Notes: generated by a model from the sequence alone, not told the origin. Shown: positions 1-10,954, counted from the first letter of the stretch. The stretch is DNA of 62,438 bases from Waddliaceae bacterium (GCA_040880105.1 JBBDJA010000030.1:1-62438), one strand, 5' to 3'. Numbers and translations: made by a program.

Positions 1-300
1 TTTATTACATACTTCACCTAATCAATACAACTCTATTTTGATGCACCCTTTTGTTATCGGGCATGAGCAGGACCGCGCGAATTCAAAGAAGAATGAGCTA
101 GCTAATGGCTAAAAAACACTTGAAAAACATCTGAAAAAGTAGGGTGGTTAAATTTAGAACCTTACTCATTAAATTCGATAAAAACCCCCACCCTTAGATG
201 ATTAGTAGGAAATAGTCATGAATTTTTTTGTTATTTTGTTGAGAATGATTACTGTGAGTGATATAAAAAAATTAATAAACTTTTTATTTAACATCAGAGG

Positions 301-867
301 GTGCTCGTGAACACAAATCATAATCATCAAGTCATCAACGGTATTGATGCAACTGTTTTAAATGAGACCGTTAGTGCTGTTTCTAAAGATCCTGAGCTTG
401 GTAAATGTGTATTTAAGGCGCAAAATAAATGGGTAGATGGTAGCCAGAATTTAAGTGAAATCACAGGTTTTTTTGGAGCTAAGAGTCACATCTCTCATAA
501 GCAAAAATTTAAGATGCTTGCTGATGAACCGGCTCTTTTAGCAGGAAAAGATGAGGGAGCAAATCCTGTCGAATATCTCCTCCATGCGCTAGCGTCTTGC
601 CTGACCACAAGCATGGTCGCTCATGCAGCTGTTAGAGGGATTAAAATCGATGAGCTTGAGTCGGAGGTAGAGGGTGATATCAATCTGAATGGGTTTCTGG
701 GTCTGGATCCGGACGTACCCAAGGGGTTCAGTGAGATTCGAATAAAGTTTACAGTGAAAACAGACGAGAAGAATCTAGGTCGCTTAAGGGAGCTTACCAC
801 ATTTTCACCGGTATATAATACGCTTATCAATGGCGTAAAAGTGGATGTTGAGGTCAATCGTCAATAG
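301..867 (+). CDS. OsmC/Ohr-like family protein
   Basis: 188 aa; ADEP..L.G.D.GANPVEYLL.ALA.CL motif typical of OsmC family. Confidence 0.85.
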   Translation: MLVNTNHNHQVINGIDATVLNETVSAVSKDPELGKCVFKAQNKWVDGSQNLSEITGFFGAKSHISHKQKFKMLADEPALLAGKDEGANPVEYLLHALASCLTTSMVAHAAVRGIKIDELESEVEGDINLNGFLGLDPDVPKGFSEIRIKFTVKTDEKNLGRLRELTTFSPVYNTLINGVKVDVEVNRQ

Positions 868-915
868 AGTAGTTTTAAGAGCGCCTCGTTAATGAAATAG
901 AGAGAGATTAATCTA

Positions 916-2463
916 ATGCCAAAGAAAGAACAGTCACCTGAATTGGTTATACGTAATGCCACAGTCGATGACATTCCGGAAATTCAGGCGCTTTCCAGAG
1001 AAATTTATCCTAAAAAGGATGCCTATACAAAAGCTGAGCTGCGTGGGCAGATTCGGTATTTTCCGGAAGGGCAGTTTGTTGCTGTCTACCGCGATCAGGT
1101 TGTTGGATATTGCGCTTCATTGATCACGACAGAAGAAAAGGCCATGTCGCTACATTCTTGGCGGGAGATCACGGGAAATGGATACTGCTCGACGCACAAT
1201 CGTAAAGGTGACTTTCTATATGGAGTTGAGGTTTTCGTAGATCCAAAACATCGGCGTATGCGCATTGGACAGCGTTTTTATATGGAGCGGATGAACCTCT
1301 GCAAATATTTACGGCTGCGTGGGATCGTATTTGCCGGTCGTATTCCGAACTTACGAAAAAAATATCGACAAGTCGGGTCGGCAGAGGGGTACCTCGAGGC
1401 TGTCTTAAATAAAAAGATCCGCGATCCTGTGATCAATTTTCAGATGCGACAAGGGTTTGAAATTATTGGTTTGATCAGTGAATATGATTCAAGCGATCAA
1501 GAGTCGATGGGCTATGCTGTACATATGGTTTGGTATAACCCCGAAGTCGAAGCCCAGCGACTGAGGAAAAGTGAAATTGGCATCGGAAGAAGCGGCTCAT
1601 GCCGCGTGGCCTCGGTGCAGTACATGCAAAGGGAGATCGCCTCCTTTGATGAGTTCAAAACGATCATTTCCTACTATATTGATATTGTGCAGGATTATCG
1701 CTGCGATTTTGTGCTGTTTCCTGAATTATTTACTCTGCAGCTACTCTCGATTGAGTCTGAAAAGCTGTCATCTTCTGAATCGATGCTGAAACTCTCCTCC
1801 TATACAGAGAAACTCAAATCCTTCTTTAAGACCTTGGCTGTCGAAAATAACGTCAATATTATCGCAGGCTCACATCCGGTTAAGGTGGGGGACCAGATCC
1901 AAAATATCTCTTTTGTTTTCTTGCGAGACGGCTCCATTCATGAGCAGCCAAAACTGCACCCGACACCGGATGAGAAGTACTGGTGGAACATGACAGGCGG
2001 GGATAAGTTGGAGCCGATCGATACAGACTGCGGAACAATTGGGGTTTTGATCTGCTACGACTCCGAGTTTCCGGAGCTCGCGCGACACTTGGTTGACCAA
2101 GGGGCAAACTTGCTCTTCGTTCCCTTCTTTACAGATCAAAGGCAAGGCTATCTTCGCGTGCGGTACTGCTCGCAGGCAAGAGCTGTGGAAAATCAATGCT
2201 TTGTGGTGATGTCCGGGAACGTGGGTAACCTTCCCAAAGTTCAGAACATGGACATTAATTACGCGCAAAGCTGTATCTTGACCCCATGTGACTTCATGTT
2301 TTCTCGCGACGGGATTGCAGCAGAGTGTGAGCCCAATGTGGAAACGGTCATTTTTGCCGATCTCCATCTAGAGGATTTATACGAAACGCGTAGCTCCGGC
2401 AGCGTCATTAACCTAAACGACCGCCGGCATGACCTTTTTAGTGTCGTGTGGCATAAGAATTGA
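916..2463 (+). CDS. GNAT acetyltransferase / carbon-nitrogen hydrolase (nitrilase family) fusion
   Basis: N-terminal GNAT (EVFVDPKHRRMRIG); C-terminal FPELF, QPKLH, ICYDSEFPE (E-K-C triad), RAVENQ. Confidence 0.9.
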   Translation: MPKKEQSPELVIRNATVDDIPEIQALSREIYPKKDAYTKAELRGQIRYFPEGQFVAVYRDQVVGYCASLITTEEKAMSLHSWREITGNGYCSTHNRKGDFLYGVEVFVDPKHRRMRIGQRFYMERMNLCKYLRLRGIVFAGRIPNLRKKYRQVGSAEGYLEAVLNKKIRDPVINFQMRQGFEIIGLISEYDSSDQESMGYAVHMVWYNPEVEAQRLRKSEIGIGRSGSCRVASVQYMQREIASFDEFKTIISYYIDIVQDYRCDFVLFPELFTLQLLSIESEKLSSSESMLKLSSYTEKLKSFFKTLAVENNVNIIAGSHPVKVGDQIQNISFVFLRDGSIHEQPKLHPTPDEKYWWNMTGGDKLEPIDTDCGTIGVLICYDSEFPELARHLVDQGANLLFVPFFTDQRQGYLRVRYCSQARAVENQCFVVMSGNVGNLPKVQNMDINYAQSCILTPCDFMFSRDGIAAECEPNVETVIFADLHLEDLYETRSSGSVINLNDRRHDLFSVVWHKN

Positions 2464-2464
2464 T

Positions 2465-3532
2465 ATGAAAATATTTTGGACTCTTTTTCTAGTTCCTTTT
2501 CTCTTATACGCTGAAATTGAGAATCACCCCCCGTATCCAACTAAAGCATCCCCACAGCTTCCGCTGGAAGTCTATTCCGATGCTTTTGCAGAAATCTTGG
2601 GGAAAAGGCCGAAACTTGTCCACCTTGCCAAGGGGTTCGGGTTTACAGAAGGCCCGGCATATGTTCAAATAGGGGATACCCCTGAAGGGTATTTGCTATT
2701 CACAGATCAAATTAACGACAATATCTTAATTCTTAGGTGGCATGGGATTTTGCCCTATAATGCAATCACCCCCCTTTCATGGAGCAAGCCGGAGGTGTTC
2801 AGGCATCCCACAAATATTGCAGATGGGCAGACAGTGGATCTGCAAGGAAGGCTGCTGACAGCGGAGACAACAGGTCGACGAGTCTCTATTACAGAGTTAA
2901 ACGGGGAGGTGAAAACCTTAGTCGGGTCGTACGAAGGAAAGCCGTTAAATTCACCGAATGATCTGGTTGTCAAGTCAGATGGAACCGTTTGGTTTACCGA
3001 TCCGAGCTACGGCTGCTTGCAGTTTCCACAGGAGTGCTACCTTCCCAATCACGTCTATCGATTTGATCCAAAAACAGAAGAGCTGCAGGCAGTTATTACA
3101 GACCTTAAAATGCCAAACGGAATTGCCTTCTCACCGGATGAAAAAATCCTCTACGTTATCGACAGCGGAGCGATCCAAGCGCCTCGTACCTTATACACGC
3201 AGTATCCGCGTGCTATTTATGCCTGGGATGTCTCAGACGATCAAACCCTTTCCAGTAAGCGCCTTTTTGCAGAAGTTTCACCCGGATTTCCCGATGGAAT
3301 GCGCCTAGACAATAAAGGCAATCTCTATGTGGGAGCCCTTGACGGCATCCATGTCTTAAACCCGGAGGGGAAATTAATTGGAAAAATTTTGATGCCAAAG
3401 GAGACAGCCAATTTAACTTTTGGAGGAAAGGAGAACAATATTCTCTTCATCTGTTCATCCGATTCACTCTGGGCCATTAAGTTGAATACAAAAGGGGCAA
3501 CGCCCGTGCGCAGGATAGTTTCGAAAGAGTGA
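2465..3532 (+). CDS. SMP-30/gluconolactonase family protein, secreted
   Basis: FTEGP, NSPNDL, WFTDP, PNGIAFSPD, PDGM motifs; signal peptide from ATG 2465. Confidence 0.9.
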   Translation: MKIFWTLFLVPFLLYAEIENHPPYPTKASPQLPLEVYSDAFAEILGKRPKLVHLAKGFGFTEGPAYVQIGDTPEGYLLFTDQINDNILILRWHGILPYNAITPLSWSKPEVFRHPTNIADGQTVDLQGRLLTAETTGRRVSITELNGEVKTLVGSYEGKPLNSPNDLVVKSDGTVWFTDPSYGCLQFPQECYLPNHVYRFDPKTEELQAVITDLKMPNGIAFSPDEKILYVIDSGAIQAPRTLYTQYPRAIYAWDVSDDQTLSSKRLFAEVSPGFPDGMRLDNKGNLYVGALDGIHVLNPEGKLIGKILMPKETANLTFGGKENNILFICSSDSLWAIKLNTKGATPVRRIVSKE

Positions 3533-4698
3533 AAAAAGAAATGATCGCCACTTACTTAGCAGGGCTCATCCAAGGTGTCGTCCTTGTTGCTTTTCCGGCC
3601 GCAAGCTCACTTTTTACAAGTGAAGAGGTCTTTAATTTCTCATCTACCCAATACGGATCGCTATTTGTCCCGCAGTCCCTGCTATCAATTGTAGCGTCCG
3701 CCTTTAGCTCAAAAATCAGCCAGAAATTCGGATCTAAAGTAACCTTTTCGCTCGGCCTTTTTGCAAATCTTACTTCAATGTCTCTTTTTGCATTTAGCGC
3801 CCTTATCGTTAAAGAGACGATTCTAGTCTATCCCTTGCTGTTGCTTGCGACCTCATTCCTCGGAATTGGATTCGGACTCACCGTCCCAACAATTAATACC
3901 ATTGCAGCTCTACTACGCCCAAAGCAAGTCAATACCGTCATTCTTGTTCTGAATGCTCTTCTTGGTATAGGAACAGTCCTTGCGCCGCTCTTTATCACAA
4001 TTTTTATTGGACTTGGTATTTGGTGGGGTCTTCCGGTTCTACTCGTGATTTCCCTCGCTCTTTTGATTGGGTTTACGCTTCCGCTCAACTTTCCGGAAGA
4101 GAGTTCTTTAGATCAGGTCGCAGGGAAGGCTCTGCCCAAAAAAGCCTTGCTCTTTATGGCGTTTGCTCTATTTTACGGAGCTGTTGAAACGTTAAATGGG
4201 AATTGGTCGGCAATCTATATGCGCGAAATTCAAGGTGCAGATATTCATATACAGTCCATGGCACTGACTATATTTTGGGCAATGGTGACAATAGGACGAG
4301 TCTTTTTTGCATCGATGCAACGGTATTTACAAAGCTCTACAGTGTATCAAGTATTGCCAATGGGCTTGATATTTGCTTTTCTTATCTTAGGGCTGCTTCC
4401 TCCTAAAAATCCCTACAGCAGTCTTTTCTTGATCGGAGTGATCGGTCTTTGCTGCTCTGCCCTTTTGCCTCTAACAATTAGTTTCGGAAGTGTGCAATTA
4501 CCTTCGATTGCAAGGTCGATTGCGGGAATTGTGATCGCCTTTTACTTATTAGGGTATGGAATTGGCGCATTTGGGCCCGGAGTCGCCGTGGATTTCACCT
4601 ATACACTAAGTAGTGTCTATGTGTTTAGCAGTTTGGCAGCACTTGTTTTGGCTATTTTGGCTTTTTTTATTAATCAAAAGAGCGGCAAGTCAGGGTAA
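3529..4698 (+). CDS. MFS transporter (FucP/TsgA-like)
   Basis: 389 aa, about 12 hydrophobic segments; last gene of a 4-gene operon. Confidence 0.8.
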   Translation: MKKEMIATYLAGLIQGVVLVAFPAASSLFTSEEVFNFSSTQYGSLFVPQSLLSIVASAFSSKISQKFGSKVTFSLGLFANLTSMSLFAFSALIVKETILVYPLLLLATSFLGIGFGLTVPTINTIAALLRPKQVNTVILVLNALLGIGTVLAPLFITIFIGLGIWWGLPVLLVISLALLIGFTLPLNFPEESSLDQVAGKALPKKALLFMAFALFYGAVETLNGNWSAIYMREIQGADIHIQSMALTIFWAMVTIGRVFFASMQRYLQSSTVYQVLPMGLIFAFLILGLLPPKNPYSSLFLIGVIGLCCSALLPLTISFGSVQLPSIARSIAGIVIAFYLLGYGIGAFGPGVAVDFTYTLSSVYVFSSLAALVLAILAFFINQKSGKSG

Positions 4699-4858
4699 GG
4701 CTACGCAAGGATTTCTGTTCAGAGGATCCATCATATCGAAAGTAGTCAGAGTGTAGTGATCCCGCCAAATGTCTCTTTTCTGTTTTCAATAGGTTCTTCT
4801 GGAGGGTTCTAGGTATTACATCTCAGTTTACTAGTAATCTCCTAGCTGAAGCTATCAA

Positions 4859-6409
4859 TTAACTCTTGTTTAACTCTACCACAACAGCTGAATGGTCTGA
4901 GAGGTAGCCGCTTGGACCTAAATACGACTTGATAGAGTGGTTATAATCAACGGCTGATAGATAAGGGCGCTCGCTTTCAGATACAAAAATATGGTCTAGT
5001 GTATTTGCGTTTTTCGGAGTATTTTTTAGCGCTTCATCAATCGCATCTTTAATATGACTGCTTTCAACTTCGTGCCCACTTAAAGCTCTTTTGACTTCAG
5101 CAATTACCTGCGCGTATGTTCCGGTGGCCCCTTTAGATATTGCATTCCATGCGATGTCTTTGATGACAAAGTTGAAGTTTAGGGCATCAGGATCAAAATA
5201 TGTACCTGAAATTTCCCCGCTTTCATTCCAACTTGGATCAAAGCGTTGATCGATTGGTTGAAACTCATCGTTTATCAAAAGAGGAGGCTGATCTTTATTA
5301 TTCGTTAGCTCCCTGAAAACAATCGAGTTTGTACCTACTTCTTCAGAAAGCTGCGTAATTGCATCTATTTCACAACTAGGATAAGCAGAATCAAAGTTTG
5401 ATTCCAATCGACCGACATTTAGATCCCCTAAAAAGATGATCTGATCTCCACCGTTCGTATGGTAGTACTCTTCAATAAATGCACGCGCCTCGTTCATATG
5501 TTCCATTCGCTTCTTTCTTTTTTCAGATGGATTTCCCGTAAATTCAGCATTTAGGTGGGTATTTGCAATGACAATATTTTTACCATTTATATTTACCATA
5601 CCAATTAATACGCCTTTGTTTGCATGCAGATCAGCACCCTCTAGTTTCTCAAGAGGTTTAAAATTAATATTTTCAATGGGGTATTTACTGGCAATTAAAA
5701 GGCCGCTATTTAAGCCGTGTAAAAATTTAGGTCTCGCCGCATAGGCGGTGTAGTAGCCTTCATGAGAAAGAGGGGAGATGATTTTATTCTTCACAATATG
5801 AGTTGCAAACGCTTCCTGTAGACCTATAAAAGTTGCACTTTCATTAATAATTTTTCTAGCTTGGAACGGTGCGCGATGAGTAGAGGTTTTTAAACCATTA
5901 ATTTGATTCATGAGTTCAGCTTCTGAAAGACCTATATTCCAAGTCATAACTCTCACTTTTTCGGTATCTTGATATCTTGGGTTGCTTGGTTCGATGTAGG
6001 TGATTTTTGCTTTATAGTTTTGAAGAGTGCCGCGCAAAATAGCTGCAGGAATTACAGATAAAATGAGTAGAGCCGTTAGTGAGACTGTTGCCAAAATTGC
6101 TGGGATGAATGCGATGATTTTTTTGGTAGTTTTGGCATGCGAAGGCTGTAGTGTTTGTTTGAGTCGCTCTTTACTTCCCTTTTCAAAATTGCGATCAATA
6201 GCTACTTCATATATCGGTAGATTAACATCTGTGCTCTCTAATTTCTCCATGCGTCTATGTGCCGCTTTTTCTGTTGTTGAAAGCTCCCATTTCCAGATTT
6301 CCACAATATGTTTTAAGCAATTTTGAGCGAAAGTTGTTATGGGCTGTTCAATATATCTCCCGATCGACTCTGCTTTAGAATTTAAATATAAATTGTTTGA
6401 AACTTTCAT
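4859..6409 (-). CDS. Endonuclease/exonuclease/phosphatase family, neutral sphingomyelinase-like, with N-terminal membrane segment
   Basis: TWNI, GLQE, NSGL.IASKYP, ANKG, NTHL, GDLN, LDHI, SDH motifs. Confidence 0.75.
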   Translation of the reverse strand: MKVSNNLYLNSKAESIGRYIEQPITTFAQNCLKHIVEIWKWELSTTEKAAHRRMEKLESTDVNLPIYEVAIDRNFEKGSKERLKQTLQPSHAKTTKKIIAFIPAILATVSLTALLILSVIPAAILRGTLQNYKAKITYIEPSNPRYQDTEKVRVMTWNIGLSEAELMNQINGLKTSTHRAPFQARKIINESATFIGLQEAFATHIVKNKIISPLSHEGYYTAYAARPKFLHGLNSGLLIASKYPIENINFKPLEKLEGADLHANKGVLIGMVNINGKNIVIANTHLNAEFTGNPSEKRKKRMEHMNEARAFIEEYYHTNGGDQIIFLGDLNVGRLESNFDSAYPSCEIDAITQLSEEVGTNSIVFRELTNNKDQPPLLINDEFQPIDQRFDPSWNESGEISGTYFDPDALNFNFVIKDIAWNAISKGATGTYAQVIAEVKRALSGHEVESSHIKDAIDEALKNTPKNANTLDHIFVSESERPYLSAVDYNHSIKSYLGPSGYLSDHSAVVVELNKS

Positions 6410-6627
6410 TATTACCTTTTGTGATTAACTTATAATAATTATTTTAATTAATAATTGTTATTATTATGTAAAGAAGGGTGAAAAAGGCGCTTAATTTAAT
6501 AAATTTACGTTTTTCAGTAGATTCCGTTGAAATTTCAGCAAAAAGATCGGGAAAATTGAAGATTTAAGGGAGATCGTCATCTGAACTCCGTTATACTTGG
6601 ATCATCATTTTGAAGGGGATCAATGAT

Positions 6628-6665
6628 TATGTCCTCATTTTCGAGGCTTTGTAACGATTTTGAGG
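6628..6665 (+). repeat. Dispersed intergenic repeat, copy A
   Basis: 34/38 identical to 20347-20384. Confidence 0.7.
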
Positions 6666-6790
6666 ATTAATCTCGTCAATTATATCTGTTGAGGTTAAGG
6701 GAATTATTTTTGAGGTGGTTGAATGATTATTTATAAACCATCTTGAATAAAAGTATCTTTGGGAGAGTCTGATTAACTCAGATTGTTAAA

Positions 6791-7543
6791 TTAAACGCCC
6801 CTTTCCCATTGAGACCGAAAGTAGTAAGAATGTAATGATCCAGCTAGTGATGTCTTTTCTGTTTTTGACATGTTTTTTAGGTTTTTCACAGTTCCTTGAT
6901 AGCAAGAGGGTGCTTGTCCTGTTATGTCCTGATACTCCTTGGCAATTAATATAGAATGTCCGACGAGCTGCTGAATTTTGTAGTGAGTTGCAAAATCATA
7001 AATGAATGACCATCTAGCACTTGATGGGAATACACCGGCAGTAATTCCCTTTTCTATGATATTTGCTGTCTGTATCATATTGTTGTGCTCGATTCTCTCT
7101 ATTATCTCTACGTAGGAGTCACAGTCGATGCGACCTTGCTCGGCCATTTGATACAACTCTTTATACTTTGGCTCCGAGACAGCATTCATCATCTCGAATA
7201 AAATGTGGCACAAAATCCTTCCTTCCGTATTGTTTGAGTTTCCATCAATGGAAATCTTTCTTAATTCACCCTCCCACATTGCCTCAAATGGCATTCCTTT
7301 ATACGCAATATCAACAGTGATTGAACCTTGTTGAAGAGCGTTTTCAATGATGCGGTTTGAGTCTGGGAATTCTCTTAACTTAGCAACTAACCCTTTCAGT
7401 GAGGGGTGTATAGTACGAAGTGAGCTTTCAAATTGGTGATGATGACAAGGCGGTGTTGCCTGTAAAGGGTTTAAGTCAAATATAATTGGTGTAAATAATG
7501 TGTTTATGTAAATAAATAGATTTAACTTATTCATTAATCTCAC
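6791..7543 (-). CDS. Hypothetical protein, possible signal peptide
   Basis: 250-aa ORF, no recognisable family. Confidence 0.6.
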   Translation of the reverse strand: MRLMNKLNLFIYINTLFTPIIFDLNPLQATPPCHHHQFESSLRTIHPSLKGLVAKLREFPDSNRIIENALQQGSITVDIAYKGMPFEAMWEGELRKISIDGNSNNTEGRILCHILFEMMNAVSEPKYKELYQMAEQGRIDCDSYVEIIERIEHNNMIQTANIIEKGITAGVFPSSARWSFIYDFATHYKIQQLVGHSILIAKEYQDITGQAPSCYQGTVKNLKNMSKTEKTSLAGSLHSYYFRSQWERGV

Positions 7544-7715
7544 TTTTTTTATTTTTTGAAAACAATATTAACAAAATGTGTTCATTTTATAAATAGTAAA
7601 GTTGGGTAGTAGTTAGCGATGAGGGTATTGACTTTGACTATAAAAGTGGTTTGCTTCAAATACAGGAGATGGAGTTAAGTGTGATAGGAAAACAAGTCAT
7701 AGGAGATTGTAGTTC

Positions 7716-8774
7716 ATGAAATCAAAAGACGTGATTGCTTACGGCAAAGAAAACTTGGAAAAGCCATTGCAGCCAATGCATATCAAAAGAAGAGAGTTGC
7801 TGCCTCGGGATGTAGAAATAGAAATTCTTTACTGTGGGATTTGTCACTCTGATTTACATGCAATTGAAGATGAGTGGGGACGCACCCATTATCCCATTGT
7901 TCCCGGGCATGAGATTGTGGGAAGAGTGACCAAGGTTGGCGATGAGGCAACGAAATTTAATGTCGGTGATCATGTGGCAGTTGGATGTATCGTGGATTCG
8001 TGTAGAAAGTGTCACTATTGCAAAGAAAGCGATGAACAATTCTGCGAAAAGGGGTGGACGCTTGTCTTTAATGCGCCGGACAAACACTTGGGCGGCCATA
8101 CTTACGGTGGATTTTCACAAAATATCATCGTAGATGAAAATTATGTTTTAAGGATTCCAGAAACACTCGATCTTGCCTCGGCAGCTCCTATACTATGCGC
8201 TGGTATTACCGTTTATTCCCCACTGAAGAAGTGGGAAGTGGGTCCAGGTAAAAGGGTTGGAATTATCGGTATTGGCGGTTTAGGTCATATGGCGATAAAA
8301 ATTGCAAAAGCAATGGGGGCTCATGTTGTTGCCTTTACAACTTCCAAATCTAAAGCGGATGATGCCATGCGGTTAGGGGCAGATGAGGTCGTTATTTCAA
8401 CCGATGCTGAGCAAATGCAAAAGCAGTCCAAGTTCGATATGATCCTTGATACAGTCTCGGCAAATCACGATGTGAATGCTTATCTCAACTTGCTAAAAGT
8501 TGACGGGTCACTTGTGCTGGTCGGACTACCTGCCGAGCCTCTGAAAGTGAATGGGTTTAGCCTTGTGAGCGGACGGAAGCACTTTTCCGGCTCGAATATT
8601 GGGGGAATTGCCGAGACCCAAGAGGTTTTAAATTTCTGTGCCGAAAAGAATATCACAGCCGATATTGAGTTAATCAACATTCAACAGGTGAATGAAGCGT
8701 TTAAAAGATTGGAAAAGGGAGACGTGAAGTATCGTTTTGTTGTGGATATGAAATCTTTAGCGAATGCCGGGTAG
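7716..8774 (+). CDS. Zn-dependent NAD(P)-dependent alcohol dehydrogenase (CAD/YahK-like)
   Basis: GICHSD, GHE, CxxCxxC, GIGGLG, YRFVVD. Confidence 0.93.
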   Translation: MKSKDVIAYGKENLEKPLQPMHIKRRELLPRDVEIEILYCGICHSDLHAIEDEWGRTHYPIVPGHEIVGRVTKVGDEATKFNVGDHVAVGCIVDSCRKCHYCKESDEQFCEKGWTLVFNAPDKHLGGHTYGGFSQNIIVDENYVLRIPETLDLASAAPILCAGITVYSPLKKWEVGPGKRVGIIGIGGLGHMAIKIAKAMGAHVVAFTTSKSKADDAMRLGADEVVISTDAEQMQKQSKFDMILDTVSANHDVNAYLNLLKVDGSLVLVGLPAEPLKVNGFSLVSGRKHFSGSNIGGIAETQEVLNFCAEKNITADIELINIQQVNEAFKRLEKGDVKYRFVVDMKSLANAG

Positions 8775-8780
8775 GGGTTC

Positions 8781-9860
8781 CTACATCTTTCCTTCATCAA
8801 ATGGATGTTGGTTATAGTGAATTTTGGCGATTTCTATACACTTGTCTAGGTCAGTTCTTGGAATATAAATTTTCTTTAACTCGTCTAGTTTTTGAAGAAA
8901 GTACCAGGGACATCCTTTGGCAGCTATTTTAGCGTATTGACTTAAGTCGCTAATTGGAAGCTCAAGACATTCGATTGTGGTTATGTGGTAAAGAAATGAG
9001 AAGGGATCGTTTTCAGCGACAATTTTTATGCACTCACTTAAATCTTGAGTTGAGAGCCCTATTCCTAGCAAGACGTGTATTTTATCAAGAAAATATCTGG
9101 GTAGGGCCTTAGCTGCTATCTTTGCATATGCACCTATTGTCTCTATAGGGACTCCCATCTGTTTAAGTATGGTGACTTTTTCAAAAAAAGAAATTGGGTA
9201 GTTTCTTGTCGCTATTTGTATGTACGCATCTAAATTTATCAAAGGAAGTTTTAGTCGTATAATGGTCTCTAAATAGCAAAAAAATGAAGGAGCATCCTTT
9301 TCTGCCGCTATTTTTGTATACTCCATTAAATCTTCCAGCGGAATTCCAATTTTTTTAAGTGCATACGCGTGCATAAGAAATATAGCGGGATGGTGTGTTG
9401 CTGCAAACTTCGTACATTGCCGCAAATCGATAATTGAAAGACCAATTTTTGCAATCGAATGGATTTGCTTGAGAAAATAAGTCGGGTAATTATTTGTGGC
9501 TATTTTGATGTATTGGCCAAGATTTTCAACTGAGACACCTTGGTCTTTAAATTTTTCGACTCTTTTTAAAAATTTGAGGGGAAAGTGCTCAGCTGTCAGT
9601 TTTGTATAGGCATTTAAATTTTGACTTGAGATCTTTATCTGTTCAGGTTGGTCTAGAACCCTTAAAAACGTGACTAGTTTTCTCTTTAGTAATAATTGAT
9701 CAGATAGTTGCTGTGATGGCGTGAGGGCAATATGGCTTCTGGCGATCTTTAGAACTCCACTGCCTTGGGCAGAGGGAGCATCTCTCACCTCACTATCGTA
9801 AACACTGCTATTAGATTGATGCTCATTTTTGTAAGGGCTGATACTCATAGGACTCTTCAT
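8781..9860 (-). CDS. Tandem 32-aa helical repeat protein, effector-like
   Basis: 8 full plus 1 partial LxxYxKIAAxxxPxxFLxx...G repeats; Ser-rich N-terminus. Confidence 0.7.
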   Translation of the reverse strand: MKSPMSISPYKNEHQSNSSVYDSEVRDAPSAQGSGVLKIARSHIALTPSQQLSDQLLLKRKLVTFLRVLDQPEQIKISSQNLNAYTKLTAEHFPLKFLKRVEKFKDQGVSVENLGQYIKIATNNYPTYFLKQIHSIAKIGLSIIDLRQCTKFAATHHPAIFLMHAYALKKIGIPLEDLMEYTKIAAEKDAPSFFCYLETIIRLKLPLINLDAYIQIATRNYPISFFEKVTILKQMGVPIETIGAYAKIAAKALPRYFLDKIHVLLGIGLSTQDLSECIKIVAENDPFSFLYHITTIECLELPISDLSQYAKIAAKGCPWYFLQKLDELKKIYIPRTDLDKCIEIAKIHYNQHPFDEGKM

Positions 9861-9976
9861 TTTAGCTAAAATTGAAGGTATAACAACAAATATTTATTAC
9901 AAACCTCCAAAATTTTGAGAAGGGTTGTTGTTATATTTTTTTTAATTTTAGGTTTGCCTTAAGAGGGGAGGTTAGA

Positions 9977-10954
9977 GTGTGTACACGTGTGCTTTGGAAC
10001 ACAAATCAGGTTGCAGTGGTTGTTGGGCGCTCAATGGACTGGCCCGAGTCAACAGAGCCAAAAATTGTCGTATTTCCAAATGGAATAGATCGGGATGGAG
10101 GAAAGGTTGATCAGGTTGTAGTGGTAAAAGAAAATCCTTTGATATGGAAATCAAAGTACGGAAGTGTCGTAGTTACTGCATATGGTGTTGGAACAGTCGA
10201 TGGGATAAATGAAAAGGGGTTAGGGGTGAACCTGCTGTATTTGACAAGTGCCGACTACGGCAAACGAGATGCAAGCAAAGGCGGCGTTCAATCGACACTT
10301 TGGGGTCAGTATTTCCTAGATAACGCCGCGACAGTTGAAGAGGCTTTAGAGTTAATGGATGGTATTCAGCCTGTCATGGCTGAGTATGCAGGTCATCGCT
10401 CTTCTGTGCACTTGTCTTTGGAGGACGCGTCGGGAGATTCTGCTATCATCGAGTATGTGGGAGGTGAGCTTAGGATTTATCATGGGAAACAGTACATGGT
10501 AATGACAAATGATCCGACGTATGATCTGCAGTTAGAAAATATGAATCAATTTGATTTTAGTCAGGCTACGCGAGATACCCCCTTGCCCGGAAATGTCGAT
10601 CCAGTGTCGCGATTTGTAAGATCGAGCTACTTTTTGCAAGCGCTTAGAGAACCAAAGAGTCTAAGAGAAGCAATAGCGGGGGTACTATCTATTGCACGTA
10701 ATGCATCTGTCCCGCTAAATGCTCCTTATAAAACAGCGGGAACGATATATGATACCGAATATCGCACTGTTTTGGATTTAACAAATCGCAGGTACTTTTT
10801 TGAGTTAACAACGAGTCCTAACGTTATTTGGCTGGAACTCGATACATTTAATTTGTCTGAAGGCGCTCCTGTTTTATCTATTGATCCTGATAATATGGAT
10901 CTGTCAGGTGATATCTCTTCTCAATTTGTGAGAGAGAAAAGTTTAAAATTTTGA
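9977..10954 (+). CDS. Linear amide C-N hydrolase (choloylglycine hydrolase/penicillin V acylase family), cytoplasmic
   Basis: N-terminal nucleophile Cys (MCT), GRSMDW, DGINEKGL, MTNDP, LPG...SRFVR. Confidence 0.9.
   Translation: MCTRVLWNTNQVAVVVGRSMDWPESTEPKIVVFPNGIDRDGGKVDQVVVVKENPLIWKSKYGSVVVTAYGVGTVDGINEKGLGVNLLYLTSADYGKRDASKGGVQSTLWGQYFLDNAATVEEALELMDGIQPVMAEYAGHRSSVHLSLEDASGDSAIIEYVGGELRIYHGKQYMVMTNDPTYDLQLENMNQFDFSQATRDTPLPGNVDPVSRFVRSSYFLQALREPKSLREAIAGVLSIARNASVPLNAPYKTAGTIYDTEYRTVLDLTNRRYFFELTTSPNVIWLELDTFNLSEGAPVLSIDPDNMDLSGDISSQFVREKSLKF

Noticed and set aside
140..170. Possible extra junction (agggtggttaaatttagaacctt)
   Set aside because: Too weak; no hairpin or att core
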